Shown here in pieces: positions 34,479 through 35,917 of a stretch of DNA of 35,917 nucleotides. The position numbers and the translations under genes were made by a program. The DNA is from an uncultured Gammaproteobacteria bacterium (GTDB lineage: Bacteria; Patescibacteriota; Microgenomatia; 0-14-0-10-38-17). Under the pieces are notes generated by a model that saw nothing but the letters and a program-made list of their open reading frames with translations, was not told the DNA's origin and did not search any database. The first letter of the stretch is position 1; each line of letters opens with the position of its first letter. The stretch covers positions 72,676-108,592 of the forward strand of contig CAYGEH010000001.1 in assembly GCA_964348895.1 (NCBI GenBank), given 5' to 3'.

Positions 34479-34575
34479 AATATTTGTATTCTATCATGGC
34501 CCTGTCTTTGGATTATTTTTTTAATTGTTCCCGTCTTGGCTCTTTCTACTTTCAAAACGAATTGAAAGACAAACT

Positions 34576-34615
34576 AAAAAAGCGCCACAAAAACAAAATC
34601 TGTGAGCGCTTTTTT
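34576..34615. terminator. Intrinsic terminator downstream of HU (hairpin flanked by A6/T6, potentially bidirectional)
   Basis: AAAAAAGCGC-CACA...TGTG-A-GCGCTTTTTT inverted repeat. Confidence 0.8.
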
Positions 34616-34628
34616 AAATAGGTTAAAG

Positions 34629-34904
34629 TTATTTAACCGCTCGCTTAAGGGCTTTACCTGGACTAAATCGAGCTGCTCGATGAGCTTTGACCTTAACGGT
34701 TTCACTGCCACCCGGAACGATTACTTTTTTCTCTTTAACCATGGTAGTTCTAAAGGTACCAAATCCAGAAATAACCACTTTAGACTCCCCTCGGGCTAAA
34801 GCTTTTTTAACTTCCTCTAAGAACAAGTCAACCACCTCACGGGCGTTTTTCTTAGTAGTATTGGCTTTCTTGGCTACCTCTTCAATAATTTTACTTTTGA
34901 TCAC
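34629..34904 (-). CDS. hup: HU/IHF-family DNA-binding protein
   Basis: KSKIIEEVA..., ISGFGTF, FSPGKALK; GTG start with AGGAGGT SD at 34914-34920. Confidence 0.9.
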   Translation of the reverse strand: MIKSKIIEEVAKKANTTKKNAREVVDLFLEEVKKALARGESKVVISGFGTFRTTMVKEKKVIVPGGSETVKVKAHRAARFSPGKALKRAVK

Positions 34905-34980
34905 TTTTGTTCCACCTCCTTTTTAAAAAACAATTTTTTCTATTGATAAGTCAATTAGTCTCATTAAATAGGCAAAAAAT

Positions 34981-35009
34981 AGAATAACTAATTTCGATCA
35001 GACTGTCAA
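34981..35009 (-). promoter_or_regulatory. Canonical sigma70 promoter TTGACA-N17-TATTCT for HU
   Basis: TTGACA (35009-35004), 17-nt spacer, TATTCT (34986-34981). Confidence 0.75.
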
Positions 35010-35011
35010 GA

Positions 35012-35917
35012 TTAGTCCTCTTCTAGGGGGGCAGTTTCAGTGGCTCTAACCTCCCGAATCACCGTCACTCTAATTCTACCGGCCCAACGGGCCATTTCCT
35101 CTAACCTTTCAGCAATTTCGTGTGCCAAAATCGTGACCTCATCATCAGAAACCTTCTCTGGTTCAACCACTACCCTGACTTCTCTACCCGCCTGATAGGC
35201 GGCTACATCAACCACTCCGGGGAAAGATTTTGCCGCTTCCTCTATTTGAGTCATTCTTTCAACATAGTCTTCGTGTGGCTCATAACGAGCCGCTGGACGA
35301 GAGCCAGAAATTGCATCGGCAACCCAAATGATAGCTGATTCCATTGAGGAAAACGGCTTGTCTTCGTGATGTTCGGCGATAGCATTAACCACCTTCTCTG
35401 GCATATTATATTTCCTGGCAATTTCTACCCCTAAATCAATGTGGGACCCCTTGCGATCAGTAACTATCTTGCCAACATCATGAAGAAGACAGCCTAGCCG
35501 AACAACATCCACATCCGCTTTTAATTGGCGAGCAATTTCCATTGCAATTTTGGTTTCTTCTAAAACATGAACTAATAGGTTTTGACCATAAGAAAAACGA
35601 AACCTAAACTTGCCAATCATTTCCATTAATTCTAGGGGCAAGTCATAAACACCCACTGCCTGACAAAGTCTGGTTCCCTCTTCTAAAATAATTTTATTTA
35701 CTTCTTGCTTAACTTGATCAACTACTTCTTCAATTCTATTGGGTTGAACTCGACCATCACGAATTAGCTTCTGAAGAGCTCTTCTGGCAACCTCTCTTCT
35801 TTGAGAGTCAAAAGAAGAAAGGCGAATTTCCCCTTCTTCTTCTAAATCTAAATCTACCCCAGTGGCTCGCTCAAAAACTCTAATGTTTCTTCCCTCTCTG
35901 CCAATAATCTTGCCCTT
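35012..35917 (-). CDS. rny: Ribonuclease Y, C-terminal 301 aa (5' end lies outside the window)
   Basis: The frame is open to the window end: KGKIIGREGRNIRVFERATGVD (KH domain), RFSYGQN, LLHDVGK (HD), ADAISGSRP, AYQAGREVRV. The 35656 start in the track is internal. Confidence 0.96.
   Translation of the reverse strand, partial: KGKIIGREGRNIRVFERATGVDLDLEEEGEIRLSSFDSQRREVARRALQKLIRDGRVQPNRIEEVVDQVKQEVNKIILEEGTRLCQAVGVYDLPLELMEMIGKFRFRFSYGQNLLVHVLEETKIAMEIARQLKADVDVVRLGCLLHDVGKIVTDRKGSHIDLGVEIARKYNMPEKVVNAIAEHHEDKPFSSMESAIIWVADAISGSRPAARYEPHEDYVERMTQIEEAAKSFPGVVDVAAYQAGREVRVVVEPEKVSDDEVTILAHEIAERLEEMARWAGRIRVTVIREVRATETAPLEED

Noticed and set aside
397-35338. About 30 short ORFs in the track that overlap real genes antisense or out of frame (e.g. 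397-651, 1453-1704, 2294-2626, 4922-5254, 10988-11290, 12162-12488, 22572-22811, 30456-30722, 34687-34926, 35120-35338)
   Set aside because: They lie inside well-supported genes, have no recognisable motifs, and show the F/L/S/K-rich composition of shadow frames in AT-rich DNA.
1-35917. Alternative genetic code (UGA=Gly, as in Gracilibacteria/Absconditabacteria)
   Set aside because: Conserved genes end cleanly at TGA (e.g. 5560, 7092, 7809) and long ORFs are intact under code 11.

Overview
An AT-rich, very compact bacterial chromosome segment using genetic code 11 (TGA is used as a stop). Gene content (almost entirely informational, envelope and secretion genes, with no biosynthetic pathways) and several truncated housekeeping proteins suggest a Patescibacteria/CPR organism, probably Microgenomates; this is an inference, not a classification result. 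Housekeeping genes: ruvC (partial), a cyclophilin, rtcB, gltX, a D,D-carboxypeptidase, a GAD-less aspS, a short rel/spoT, recJ, cca, secD/secF, capA-like, comM/yifB, an AI-2E transporter, miaA, a TRAM-less miaB, a nitroreductase, ychF, tatD, HU and rny (partial). RNA genes: tRNA-Gln(CUG) and RNase P RNA (rnpB). The ORF track missed ruvC, the 5' part of rny, a 47-aa zinc-ribbon gene and a decayed zinc-ribbon gene. The best candidate for a new system is a tight three-gene operon (4380-6881, minus strand): ECF-type S-component, then a 265-aa stand-alone [FeFe]-hydrogenase H-cluster domain with exactly four Cys and no maturases in the window, then RtcB. The second is an accessory cassette running off the 3' end of tRNA-Gln: M48 protease, two zinc-ribbon membrane proteins, a zinc-ribbon pseudogene and a winged-helix-less DpnI-like nuclease. 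Other notable points: many genes have a (TGn)TAnnnT box 6-10 nt before the ATG (leaderless or near-leaderless); the RNase P RNA appears to lack P18 and the L15 GGU motif, matching a CCA-less tRNA gene; and a membrane-anchored Kazal inhibitor is paired with an orphan SdpI. No CRISPR array, integrase, transposase or prophage was seen. All family assignments come from motif recognition by eye; no searches were run.
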